Positions 1 through 8,666 of a DNA stretch of 64,000 bases are shown here, piece by piece. This stretch comes from Minisyncoccia bacterium. Lineage in GTDB: Bacteria > Patescibacteriota > Minisyncoccia > Phycocordibacterales > PALSA-1337. The position numbers and the translations under genes were made by a program. Below the pieces are notes generated by a model. The model was not told the origin of the DNA. It ran no database searches and saw only the letters and a list, made by a program, of their open reading frames with translations. Numbering within the stretch: position 1 is the first letter of the stretch; each line of letters starts with the position of its first letter. The stretch spans positions 1,766 through 65,765 of the forward strand of contig JBIIIW010000001.1 of the NCBI GenBank assembly GCA_044234345.1. Reading direction: 5' to 3'.

Positions 1-717
1 GGGGAATATTAGATCTGTTCCTCCTGTATGTATATCGATACTACTACCTAGTGCATCTATTGCCATTGCTGAACACTCTATATGCCATCCAGGTCTACCT
101 GCTCCAAATGGTGCATCATACTTAATCTCTCCATCTTCATTTGAGTGGAACTTCCATAGTGCAAAGTCTCTAGGGTTCTCCTTCTCATACTCATCATTAG
201 ATATTCTCTCTTGTAGAGTAGTTGTATCTGTACTTGCAATCTTAAGTTTAGCTAGCTCACCATAGTTTTTTGATAGCGCTATACTAAAATATATACCATC
301 CTTAGATTTGTAAGCTATACCTTTTGATATCAATGTAGATATTATATCCACCATCTCTTTGATATAGTCTGTTGCTCTAAGTACTTTGTTTGGTGTAACT
401 ATGTTTAGAGAATGTATATCCGCCAAGAAAAGATTTTCATAGTGTCTAGTCAGCTTCTCAAGTTTGGTATCTTCAGCAATACTTCTCTTAATTGTCTTGT
501 CATCTATATCTGTAATATTCATTACATGATCTACTTCATATCCATTGTACTTGAATATTCTCTTTACAAGATCATTTGTAATGAATGTACGGAAGTTACC
601 AATATGAGCAGTGTCATATACTGTTGGACCACAACTATACATACTTAGTTTGTTCTTTGATATTGGTTTAAACTCTTCCTTTTCTCCTGAGAGTGTATTG
701 TGTATGTATATAGACAT
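1..717 (-). CDS. cysS: Cysteine--tRNA ligase (5' part, runs off window start)
   Basis: Manual translation from ATG 717: MSIYIHNTLSGEKEEF...YSCGPTVYDTAHIGNFR...DFALWK...GRPGWHIECSAM; absent from the supplied ORF track. Confidence 0.96.
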   Translation of the reverse strand, partial: MSIYIHNTLSGEKEEFKPISKNKLSMYSCGPTVYDTAHIGNFRTFITNDLVKRIFKYNGYEVDHVMNITDIDDKTIKRSIAEDTKLEKLTRHYENLFLADIHSLNIVTPNKVLRATDYIKEMVDIISTLISKGIAYKSKDGIYFSIALSKNYGELAKLKIASTDTTTLQERISNDEYEKENPRDFALWKFHSNEDGEIKYDAPFGAGRPGWHIECSAMAIDALGSSIDIHTGGTDLIFP

Positions 718-776
718 ATGTTGTAGTATAGCGCTCGCATTGTCTGAAATCAAATTGTTTGAGATAATTGTATACT

Positions 777-1997
777 ATGAACAAAGAAAATATCTCGAAG
801 ATTTCAAATATAGCTATAGTTGCATTCATTGTTGTAATTATCTTCTACGCTGGTGCCTCATACGGAATTGAGAAGGGAAGAGCTAAAGCATTAGTTAGTA
901 TTGCTCCTGAGGGGGTTGATATTACTAACAAGCAATTAGAGCCATTCTGGAAGGTATGGAATATACTAAGTGAGAAGTATGTGGAAGCAACTACTACAGA
1001 TACACAGAAGAGAATATGGGGAGCTATAGAGGGGTTAGCAAGCTCACAGGGGGACCCATACACAATGTTCTTCCCACCTGAGGAGAACAAGCTGTTCCAA
1101 GGTGATATAGCAGGTAACTTTGATGGTGTTGGTATGGAGATTGCTATAAAGGAAAAGATATTGACTGTAGTTGCTCCGCTTAAGAACAGTCCTGCAGAGA
1201 GAGCTGGTGTTAAGGCTGGAGACAAGATAATTAAGATTGATGACAAGATTTCATCTGATCTTTCTGTTGAGCAAGCTGTTAAGTTGATTAGAGGTAAGAA
1301 GGGAACTGCGGTTAAGATTACATTCCTACGTGAGGGAAGTAGCGAACCGATCGAGAAGTCAATTGTTCGTGATGTTATAGATATCCCAACTCTTGAGACT
1401 GAAATTAAGTCTGACATTTATATCATCAAGCTATTCAGCTTCACTAGTCAGTCTCCGGAGTTGTTTAGAAATGCTCTAAGACAATTCCTACAGTCAGGTA
1501 AGAACAAATTAATTATCGATCTACGTGGTAATCCAGGAGGATATCTAGATGCAGCATGGGATATAGCTAGTTGGTTCCTGCCAGCTGGTAAGGTAATTGT
1601 AACTGAAGACTTTGGAGGAAGAAGAGATAACCTGGTATTGAGAAGCAAGGGATACGATGTATTGAACAAGTACTTCGGAAGTAACTACAAGGTTGCAATA
1701 TTGGTTAATAACGGATCAGCTTCTGCCTCAGAGATCCTTGCTGGTGCACTTAAGGAGCAAGGAGTAGCTAAACTTGTTGGTGTAAAGACATTCGGTAAAG
1801 GATCAGTTCAGGAATTAATCAATGTTACTCCAGAGACATCGATAAAGGTAACCATAGCTCGTTGGATGACACCAAGTGGTCATAACCTCTCACATGATGG
1901 TCTAGAGCCTGACTATGAGGTAAAGATCACAGCAAAGGATCTAGAGAACAAGCTAGACCCACAGATGGACAAGGCTATTGAAATTCTAAGTAAATAG
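777..1997 (+). CDS. ctpA: Carboxyl-terminal processing protease, S41 family with PDZ domain
   Basis: N-terminal TM, PDZ-like region, DLRGNPGG, SASASEI and TFGKGSVQ motifs. Confidence 0.93.
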   Translation: MNKENISKISNIAIVAFIVVIIFYAGASYGIEKGRAKALVSIAPEGVDITNKQLEPFWKVWNILSEKYVEATTTDTQKRIWGAIEGLASSQGDPYTMFFPPEENKLFQGDIAGNFDGVGMEIAIKEKILTVVAPLKNSPAERAGVKAGDKIIKIDDKISSDLSVEQAVKLIRGKKGTAVKITFLREGSSEPIEKSIVRDVIDIPTLETEIKSDIYIIKLFSFTSQSPELFRNALRQFLQSGKNKLIIDLRGNPGGYLDAAWDIASWFLPAGKVIVTEDFGGRRDNLVLRSKGYDVLNKYFGSNYKVAILVNNGSASASEILAGALKEQGVAKLVGVKTFGKGSVQELINVTPETSIKVTIARWMTPSGHNLSHDGLEPDYEVKITAKDLENKLDPQMDKAIEILSK

Positions 1998-2012
1998 GTT
2001 AATATATCAAAT

Positions 2013-2456
2013 ATGAAAATAATATTATTGAAAGATGTTGCTAAGGTAGGTAAGAAGTATGAAGTTAAGAATATCAGTGATGGATATGCACAAAATCTTT
2101 TGATCCCTAAAGGTCTTGCAGTAGCTGCAACTGCAGACGTTATGAAGAGAATTGAGCTAGAGCGCGCACGTGATGAAGGAGAGAAGAGAGTACATATGGA
2201 ACTACTCCTAAAGAATCTTAAGGAAGTAGAAGGTAAGACAATTACTCTTACAGAGAAGGCTAATGAAAAGGGTCACCTATTCGCAAGCGTTAACAAGCCA
2301 GAGGTTATACTAGCAATTCACAAGCAGACAAGAATACAGATTAGTCCTGACAACATGATGTTGGACAAGCATATTAAGGAAGTAGGTAATCATGAGATAG
2401 AGCTTAAGGCTGGAGACAAGAGTGTTAAGTTTACACTAGTCATCAAAGCTGAGTAG
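2013..2456 (+). CDS. rplI: 50S ribosomal protein L9
   Basis: MKIILLKDVAKVG...DGYAQNLLIPKGLA...GHLFASV. Confidence 0.96.
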   Translation: MKIILLKDVAKVGKKYEVKNISDGYAQNLLIPKGLAVAATADVMKRIELERARDEGEKRVHMELLLKNLKEVEGKTITLTEKANEKGHLFASVNKPEVILAIHKQTRIQISPDNMMLDKHIKEVGNHEIELKAGDKSVKFTLVIKAE

Positions 2457-2465
2457 GGAAGGGAA

Positions 2466-2497
2466 CAAAAAAGAGAGGCATATGCCTCTCTTTTTTG
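2466..2497. terminator. Bidirectional intrinsic terminator between rplI and rpmA
   Basis: Perfect 32-bp palindrome CAAAAAAGAGAGGCATATGCCTCTCTTTTTTG. Confidence 0.85.
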
Positions 2498-2770
2498 CTA
2501 TACCACACTCACAATCTTCTTTCTCTTTATTGTATTATCGAAATGTGTTTTTCTCTTAGTTCCGAATGATACTTTACCAGCCTTTAGAGCGAATAGGGTA
2601 TGATCTTTACCCATACCTATATTCTTTCCTGGTAGTACGTCTGTACCACGCTGACGAACGATTATAGAGCCAATAGTAACAGATTCCCCGTGATTTACCT
2701 TAACTCCAAGGTATTTAGGGTTAGAATCTCTACCGTTTGCTGACGATCCTCCTGATTTCTTTGTTGCCAT
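2498..2770 (-). CDS. rpmA: 50S ribosomal protein L27
   Basis: [24 protein letters not shown]...GKDHTLFAL; start taken at ATG 2770. Confidence 0.96.
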   Translation of the reverse strand: MATKKSGGSSANGRDSNPKYLGVKVNHGESVTIGSIIVRQRGTDVLPGKNIGMGKDHTLFALKAGKVSFGTKRKTHFDNTIKRKKIVSVV

Positions 2771-2831
2771 AGTTAAAACAGTATATACCAATATACCTAC
2801 AAAATGCAAGTATTTAGGGGTATTTATGGTA

Positions 2832-2860
2832 TTGACAAAAGGACTAAGAAATGCTAGTAT
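2832..2860 (+). promoter_or_regulatory. sigma70-type promoter of the transglycosylase gene, followed by a 5' leader hairpin (about 2870-2906)
   Basis: TTGACA-17 nt-TAGTAT with TG extension; GCGAGATTA...TAGTCTCGT stem. Confidence 0.7.
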
Positions 2861-2917
2861 ATATAGTAATAGCGAGATTACGTTGAACCTTTCAATATAG
2901 TCTCGTTTTTAAATTAT

Positions 2918-3367
2918 ATGATTGAACTTACAACGGGCCTTGTGTTTCTAATGACTTCGCTATACGGAAACGCTAGTACTACCACAGACTCTGTGAATGT
3001 TCAGACATTGAGAGCTAATGTAGGGAATACAGCTTCTGTTGCAGCGAGTGATAGAGCAATCTTTGAAAAGTACGTTAGAGATCATTTTGCAGATACTCCA
3101 ATTCTAGCGGAGATTGCAAGATGTGAGTCGACATTTAGACAGTTCGACAAGAATGGAAATGTTATTAGAGGTTTAGTTGATAACGATGATATTGGTCTAA
3201 TGCAGATCAATGAAAGATATCACCTGGATACAGCTGAGAAGCTTGGTTATGATATCCATACACTAGAAGGGAACATGGCTTACGCTAAGTACCTATACGG
3301 TAAGTCTGGATCAAGACCATGGAATGCATCTAAGCCTTGTTGGGAGAAGACCCTGGCAGTGAAGTAA
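2918..3367 (+). CDS. Secreted lysozyme-like / SLT transglycosylase-domain protein
   Basis: IARCES (catalytic Glu), GLMQIN and PW..S..CW motifs. Confidence 0.75.
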   Translation: MIELTTGLVFLMTSLYGNASTTTDSVNVQTLRANVGNTASVAASDRAIFEKYVRDHFADTPILAEIARCESTFRQFDKNGNVIRGLVDNDDIGLMQINERYHLDTAEKLGYDIHTLEGNMAYAKYLYGKSGSRPWNASKPCWEKTLAVK

Positions 3368-3372
3368 GGATG

Positions 3373-3407
3373 ATAAAAAAACCGGATTAAATTCCGGTTT
3401 TTTTATT
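3373..3407. terminator. Intrinsic terminator
   Basis: AAAAAAACCGGA-TTAAAT-TCCGGTTTTTTT. Confidence 0.8.
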
Positions 3408-3441
3408 TGTATATAAAAACAATATTTGTTACTATCTCGGT

Positions 3442-3942
3442 ATGTATAAAAAAATAATTATCTTAGCGTTTTTAATAGTAGTTCTCGTAGTGTTCCTGTC
3501 TGTATTTAAAAATCCTTCACATAAAACAGACGTTATAGATATTGATAATTCAATGAAAGATGAATGGTCGAGTCTACCCCCATATATCCTACAAGGAAAC
3601 TATTCAACATACTCATATATCAACGAGGGAATTGAATATATTCCAGAAATAGATCCGAAACCTGCTACTACAACTTGTCCAGTATTCATTGTTACGGATG
3701 GAGATGAAACTAATATATCAAGATATAAGAATATGGTTAATGAAGGTAATGCGGTAAATCACTTAAATGAGAAAGGTGAGTTGGTCATAAACATTGATCC
3801 TACTGACCTTCCATTAGAGCAACAAGAGTCTCTAATGAAATCAACTTCAACTGTATCCATATTGGTGAAGAATAAATTTTTGGATGGTAGAGATGCTAAT
3901 GCCTGTGAGAGTTTTATAAGTCTAGTTTCGATAGAGAAGTAA
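3442..3942 (+). CDS. Hypothetical exported protein
   Basis: 166-aa ORF with N-terminal signal/TM and a Cys pair. Confidence 0.7.
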   Translation: MYKKIIILAFLIVVLVVFLSVFKNPSHKTDVIDIDNSMKDEWSSLPPYILQGNYSTYSYINEGIEYIPEIDPKPATTTCPVFIVTDGDETNISRYKNMVNEGNAVNHLNEKGELVINIDPTDLPLEQQESLMKSTSTVSILVKNKFLDGRDANACESFISLVSIEK

Positions 3943-3963
3943 ATAACCTGTGTATATATTAAT

Positions 3964-4278
3964 ATGAACCCTCCGATTATTAAAGGCTTCTACTATCACT
4001 ACAAGCATAATGCAGAAGGTGAGGTTAATAACTATGCATACGAAGTAACTGGCACAGGACTGCACACAGAGGATAGAACATATTTTGTTATATATCGCCC
4101 TCTATATGCAAACACCTTTCTAGGTTCAGCTGGATACTGTATACGCCCATACGAAATGTTTACAGGTAATGTTGAGATAAATGGAAAATCAGTGAAACGA
4201 TTTGAGAGAATTGAGGATGAAGGCCTCATTCTTAAGCTGAGTCAAATAAAGAGGGAAATGTATGGAGAGGATAAATAA
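3964..4278 (+). CDS. DUF1653-like protein
   Basis: G.Y.HYK...YEV.G...HTE....VIYRPLY...RPYEMF...RF pattern. Confidence 0.8.
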   Translation: MNPPIIKGFYYHYKHNAEGEVNNYAYEVTGTGLHTEDRTYFVIYRPLYANTFLGSAGYCIRPYEMFTGNVEINGKSVKRFERIEDEGLILKLSQIKREMYGEDK

Positions 4279-4318
4279 GTAGGAAAGCCGGCACGAGTGC
4301 CGGCTTCTTTGATCTTCC

Positions 4319-4447
4319 TTATCCCTCGAGTTCGTCGAGTTTGATCTTAGGAATCTCTGTTCCTGCAATCAGTATTCTGAACGCTTCCAATGTGCCTGCA
4401 ACTGTTCCAGGTTCTCCAGGAACAATTTCATCAATAGGTTCTTCCAT
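4319..4447 (-). CDS. Small acidic hypothetical protein (42 aa)
   Basis: MEEPIDEIVPGEPGTVAGTLEAFRILIAGTEIPKIKLDELEG; ends just before shared hairpin 4285-4308. Confidence 0.5.
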   Translation of the reverse strand: MEEPIDEIVPGEPGTVAGTLEAFRILIAGTEIPKIKLDELEG

Positions 4448-4489
4448 AAATGCGAGTAATTTGAGCTACGCCAAATACATGTTACACCA

Positions 4490-4517
4490 AACGAAAGGGA
4501 AGAGGAATACCCTAAAT
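4490..4517 (+). repeat. 28-bp direct repeat, copy 1 (copy 2 at 6188-6215)
   Basis: AACGAAAGGGAAGAGGAATACCCTAAAT identical at both positions. Confidence 0.9.
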
Positions 4518-4654
4518 TATCAATAAAATAGCTATAGACATATCTTGACTTGTGTAGTCTAGTGTGGTACCTTTTGGCAGTATCAGTTAAGAGCCTGCGA
4601 GTGTAGGAATTCAAGACTGAAGTAATAGCACCTTAACAAAGAAAGGAACACGTC

Positions 4655-4966
4655 ATGTACAACGAGGACGAAGCAGTCGAACTCATTGGTTATCTGACTC
4701 GCTCCAAAGCGATCTGGATGAACCCAGAATTGCTCAACCTTGTTGAGTCTGCTCCTAGTCCCACGAAAGCATATGCTCTAGTACTTCAAAGTACTGGAAG
4801 CCAAAAGAAGGCTAAGGCTGGACGTTGGTATGCATGCGCAATTAGAGACTTCGGAAAAGACTCACTAGGTGCACTCACGGCAGTACTCAATTCTCCGCAA
4901 GGTGCGGTGAAATTGGAGGTATTGCTAACAACTACGTACCCCGGTTCACCCCGGAGGGACAAGTGA
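4655..4966 (+). CDS. Hypothetical protein (accessory cassette)
   Basis: 103-aa ORF with TTGACT-17-TACCTT promoter and AAGGA SD. Confidence 0.7.
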   Translation: MYNEDEAVELIGYLTRSKAIWMNPELLNLVESAPSPTKAYALVLQSTGSQKKAKAGRWYACAIRDFGKDSLGALTAVLNSPQGAVKLEVLLTTTYPGSPRRDK

Positions 4967-4976
4967 AGGAGATGGT

Positions 4977-6077
4977 ATGATTATCGCGAACATTCCGTTA
5001 GGTATACAACTCGGTGTGATGCTGTTATGCAGTGTAGCTGGTCTCTGGATATTCCACTATTGTGTGATTAGAGTGATCTTACAAGGAGGTCGTCCGCAAA
5101 ATGGTCCGCCAGAGAGTAGGGAAGAGAAATCAACAGAGGTTGCTTCAAAAACTTCGAAGATCCTGCTCGATGAGTTGAAGACAAGCCTGGTTAAGACTCT
5201 AAGAAAGCGTGACCGGGAAAGTCAATGTGATTCAGCGTTCTGGGCATCTTTTTCGCTTGTTGGAGAAAGCGAAGAGTTTGGTGTCGTGGTCTTAAGGGTA
5301 GACACTAACAACTATGGTTATCAAATAAGAACAGGTAACTTTAAAGATTCGAACGCTTGGGAAAATCTGGTAATAGCGACCCGAAAAGGATACTGCTTCC
5401 TTGGAAGAGTGAACCTCTACAAGGGTGCTGTGTATAACGGGCCGTTTCAGATTACAAAATCCGAAAGTGGATCAATTGTAGTTAGCTGGGGACAAGCTTC
5501 GTTCACTATTAAGGACGAGGAGATGAGAGGTGGTTATGATTTTCCATTCGAATTACCTCCGCGTTCTGAGATGGTAAGAACTGTCTACAACCTTAATGGT
5601 GCTATTGTCGTAATCGATGATGATCCAGGCCAAGGTCGGTATGTTCAGTTTTCGGTAGATCAAATGGGTAAGCGACTGAAAGCAGATCGCACAGTCTGGG
5701 ATTTACCGGGTTGCGTTAGGTGTGTCAAAGATGCAATTCAATATTTACCAGATTGTAGTGGTCGTCGTGAACAGGTTAGACTAGTCCTCGTTGACGGCAA
5801 CTTTAGCGGGGATGGAAGAGGTTTCAATACCGGTAGACTCATTCCTGTATTGCGCGAACGATACCCCAATGCACTCCTTTTCGCGAATAGTGGAATGGCT
5901 GAGAATCATACTAACCATACTCCCGAACTATTGGCAGCTGGTTGTGACTGTGCGCTCTCGATCGAAGATTATGGTTATAAGTCAAATCTGACTAAAATCC
6001 TAGCAAGAGTAGCCGAGCTCAAGCCGGAGATTCTTGTGAGTGAGGAACTTGACTTGAATGAAGTTCTAAAAATCTGA
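4977..6077 (+). CDS. Membrane-anchored protein with C-terminal receiver (CheY-like) domain
   Basis: N-terminal TM; IVVIDDD, LVLVDGNF and FANSG receiver-like motifs; AAGGAG SD; terminator 6086-6116. Confidence 0.6.
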   Translation: MIIANIPLGIQLGVMLLCSVAGLWIFHYCVIRVILQGGRPQNGPPESREEKSTEVASKTSKILLDELKTSLVKTLRKRDRESQCDSAFWASFSLVGESEEFGVVVLRVDTNNYGYQIRTGNFKDSNAWENLVIATRKGYCFLGRVNLYKGAVYNGPFQITKSESGSIVVSWGQASFTIKDEEMRGGYDFPFELPPRSEMVRTVYNLNGAIVVIDDDPGQGRYVQFSVDQMGKRLKADRTVWDLPGCVRCVKDAIQYLPDCSGRREQVRLVLVDGNFSGDGRGFNTGRLIPVLRERYPNALLFANSGMAENHTNHTPELLAAGCDCALSIEDYGYKSNLTKILARVAELKPEILVSEELDLNEVLKI

Positions 6078-6187
6078 CATTACAAGCGGGCACTCTACCA
6101 AGGGTGCCCGCATTTTCTATACAAATATTGGTAAGTAAAACTAAATTAATAAATCAGCGTCATACCAGTACCTGTGGTGTTATTCAG

Positions 6188-6215
6188 AACGAAAGGGAAG
6201 AGGAATACCCTAAAT
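6188..6215 (+). repeat. 28-bp direct repeat, copy 2
   Basis: Identical to 4490-4517. Confidence 0.9.
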
Positions 6216-6679
6216 CATCTATTAGCTATTCCCCGATATGTTTTAAAAAGAGTTGGCATGGATAACAGAGGAGAATGGAATATTAAATTAGTAATATAAA
6301 GATTATTATATTTCTCAATTAATTCCTTAATGTTTATTTAAAATATGAGCGATCAAGGTATCGATGGGCAAGTAGTAGTTAGCTTCCTTTCTCCTATAGA
6401 GACAACGTCGCACAATATACCTTTTACGATATAGATACACTATAAACCACTCCCCCGATTAAGCTAAAAAATCTGTAAGCGACACTCGCCTATTATTCTT
6501 TGTCATTAATTTAGTCTCTGTAATTAATTTTAAATAAATTTATTTCTAATAATTTATGTATACAAATATTTAAATTATTTTATAAAATTTGCCTCACTAT
6601 TGTTATCTTATTGATATTTCCGTATTTAATGCTAGAATCAGCTCGGTTACAGCTAAAACACTTACATAGGTATTATCGT

Positions 6680-7039
6680 ATGCCACAGATCATTGTTAGA
6701 TATAATCCGAAGCTGATTAGCCCGGATATGCTCAAGCATTTGGACTCAGTCTTTTCACCGGTAGTCGCCAATCTGGCAAGTGTAGCCAGTGGACCGATAT
6801 TTACCGCTAAGGACGTCGACTTTTTCACATACGCAAACGAAACCTCATCCAGATGCCCGGATCTTGCTATCGAGATACGGACAATTGGACATGCGGATAG
6901 AATCGAGTCTTTGAATCAGTCCGCGCAAATACTTGTCGATATTGTCGTAAAGGCATTGATTGTTAAGTGTGGTCTGAATATTCCGCCCCATGGATTCCTT
7001 TGGATCCAGGCAATTAGCCCAGCAGGTGTGCATGTCTAA
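6680..7039 (+). CDS. Tautomerase/MIF-superfamily-like protein
   Basis: Met-Pro start (MPQIIVRY), about 120 aa; own promoter and terminator 7064-7086. Confidence 0.5.
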   Translation: MPQIIVRYNPKLISPDMLKHLDSVFSPVVANLASVASGPIFTAKDVDFFTYANETSSRCPDLAIEIRTIGHADRIESLNQSAQILVDIVVKALIVKCGLNIPPHGFLWIQAISPAGVHV

Positions 7040-7095
7040 TGCCATCAGTCACATTCACAAATTCCCACGCGAGGCGTGGGTTTTTCTTTGTATGG

Positions 7096-7371
7096 TTAAG
7101 AAAAAGCATCATTTTGTATGATGCTCGTTTCCCCCCTAATCTTTCCTGTAATTAATTTAACCCCAGGTTTCCAAATATATTCTATAAATACTTCTTTCCA
7201 AATAAATTTTGCTGGTTGTTCTAGATACTTGTTCCACACAAATGATACAACTTCCTTAATATACTCCAAATTAGACTGAGTTACAGGTGAATTTACAGAC
7301 TTACGTATATCTACACCTAGATTACCTAGTATGATGAGAGCTATGATACCTATAACAATCCATTTAACCAT
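7096..7371 (-). CDS. Small membrane hypothetical protein
   Basis: N-terminal TM; TGATATAAT-N6-ATG. Confidence 0.75.
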   Translation of the reverse strand: MVKWIVIGIIALIILGNLGVDIRKSVNSPVTQSNLEYIKEVVSFVWNKYLEQPAKFIWKEVFIEYIWKPGVKLITGKIRGETSIIQNDAFS

Positions 7372-7394
7372 AAGGTAATTATATCACAGACTAT

Positions 7395-8666
7395 TTACTT
7401 ATTAAGATATGAAAGTGGATTAAGGTAAGCCTTTAAATCAGCATAAGGGATAGTTACTTTAGAACATGCTGCACTATTAACGTTCTTTGTAATATTTAAT
7501 CCTTCCGTAGCATAAACTCCGAAGTGTAAGTGTGGACCAGTTGAGTATCCAGTATTACCACTGTATCCAATAACTTGGCCAGTATATACCTGCTGATCCA
7601 TTACTACATTTATTAGCGACAAGTGAGCGTATAGCGTTGATAGACCATTTGGATGCTTTATCATAATCCACTTACCAAACGATCTACATTTACCAACATC
7701 TGTATTGCCGGCACCAATAACAATTCCACTCAATGATGCTTTAACTGGCGTACCAATACTTGCTGCAAAATCTATACCAGTGTGACCCTTACCGTTATAT
7801 ACCTGAGGATTTGCCGTAGAGAATGCAGTATTACCGAAATATTGAGTAACTCTTATGTTATCAAGAGGATATTGAAGTATACCTTTACCAGTACTTGGTA
7901 GAAGGCTTGGATCAATAGCTATCTTTAGAGCAGACTCAAAAGCTAGCACTTCCCTCTCGTATTCCTCTTTTTGAGCTTTACGTAATGCAAGCAAACTATT
8001 GTAGCTCGACTCGGAGTTTCTCGTCTCTTTCAATAGGTCATTTTTTTGCTTAGCTGTGTCAGCAATAATTTTAGTTTGGTTCTTTAGATCATTGGTTAGT
8101 GATACCAACTCCAATCTTTTCTTTTCAGTAAGTTTCTTGTTTTCCTCCAGATTAGTCTTAAGGCTCTGTAGATCCTCAATCTTGTTCTGCATACTAGACT
8201 GTAATATAACTAATTGATCAGCATTCCTCCATAGATCAGAGAATGATGTCCTACCAAGTATAGCTTCTATTGCAGAGGCTGAATTAGCTTGATTGATATC
8301 ACTTAGTGATCTAGAGATAACTCGTCTACTATCAGATATTCTCTCACTCTTGTCTCCAATCTGTAGAGATAGCTCCTTAAGTTCAATATTTCTAGAAGCA
8401 ATCTTGTTCTCAGTAACCTTTATATCAGCCTCTAGCTTCTTCTTAGAGATATCTAGTGACTTAATTGTGTTACTAAGAGAATTCTTCTCCTTACCCAAAG
8501 CATCAATCTCCTTCTGGTATTTACTTATCTCCTGTTCTAGACCTTCGATGACATCATTCTTCTCTGCTATCTTACTTCTAAGATCATCAATAGATTGCGC
8601 ACTAGATATAGATGCACAGAGAATAAATATGATTGTTAAAGAAAATATTTTTTTAAAGTAATTCAT
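7395..8666 (-). CDS. Coiled-coil M23 peptidase (EnvC-like architecture)
   Basis: Signal peptide, long coiled coil, HTGID, YAHL and STGPHLHF motifs. Confidence 0.9.
   Translation of the reverse strand: MNYFKKIFSLTIIFILCASISSAQSIDDLRSKIAEKNDVIEGLEQEISKYQKEIDALGKEKNSLSNTIKSLDISKKKLEADIKVTENKIASRNIELKELSLQIGDKSERISDSRRVISRSLSDINQANSASAIEAILGRTSFSDLWRNADQLVILQSSMQNKIEDLQSLKTNLEENKKLTEKKRLELVSLTNDLKNQTKIIADTAKQKNDLLKETRNSESSYNSLLALRKAQKEEYEREVLAFESALKIAIDPSLLPSTGKGILQYPLDNIRVTQYFGNTAFSTANPQVYNGKGHTGIDFAASIGTPVKASLSGIVIGAGNTDVGKCRSFGKWIMIKHPNGLSTLYAHLSLINVVMDQQVYTGQVIGYSGNTGYSTGPHLHFGVYATEGLNITKNVNSAACSKVTIPYADLKAYLNPLSYLNK

Noticed and set aside
6500-6600. Replication origin in the AT-rich tract
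   Set aside because: No TTATCCACA DnaA-box cluster and no dnaA/dnaN nearby
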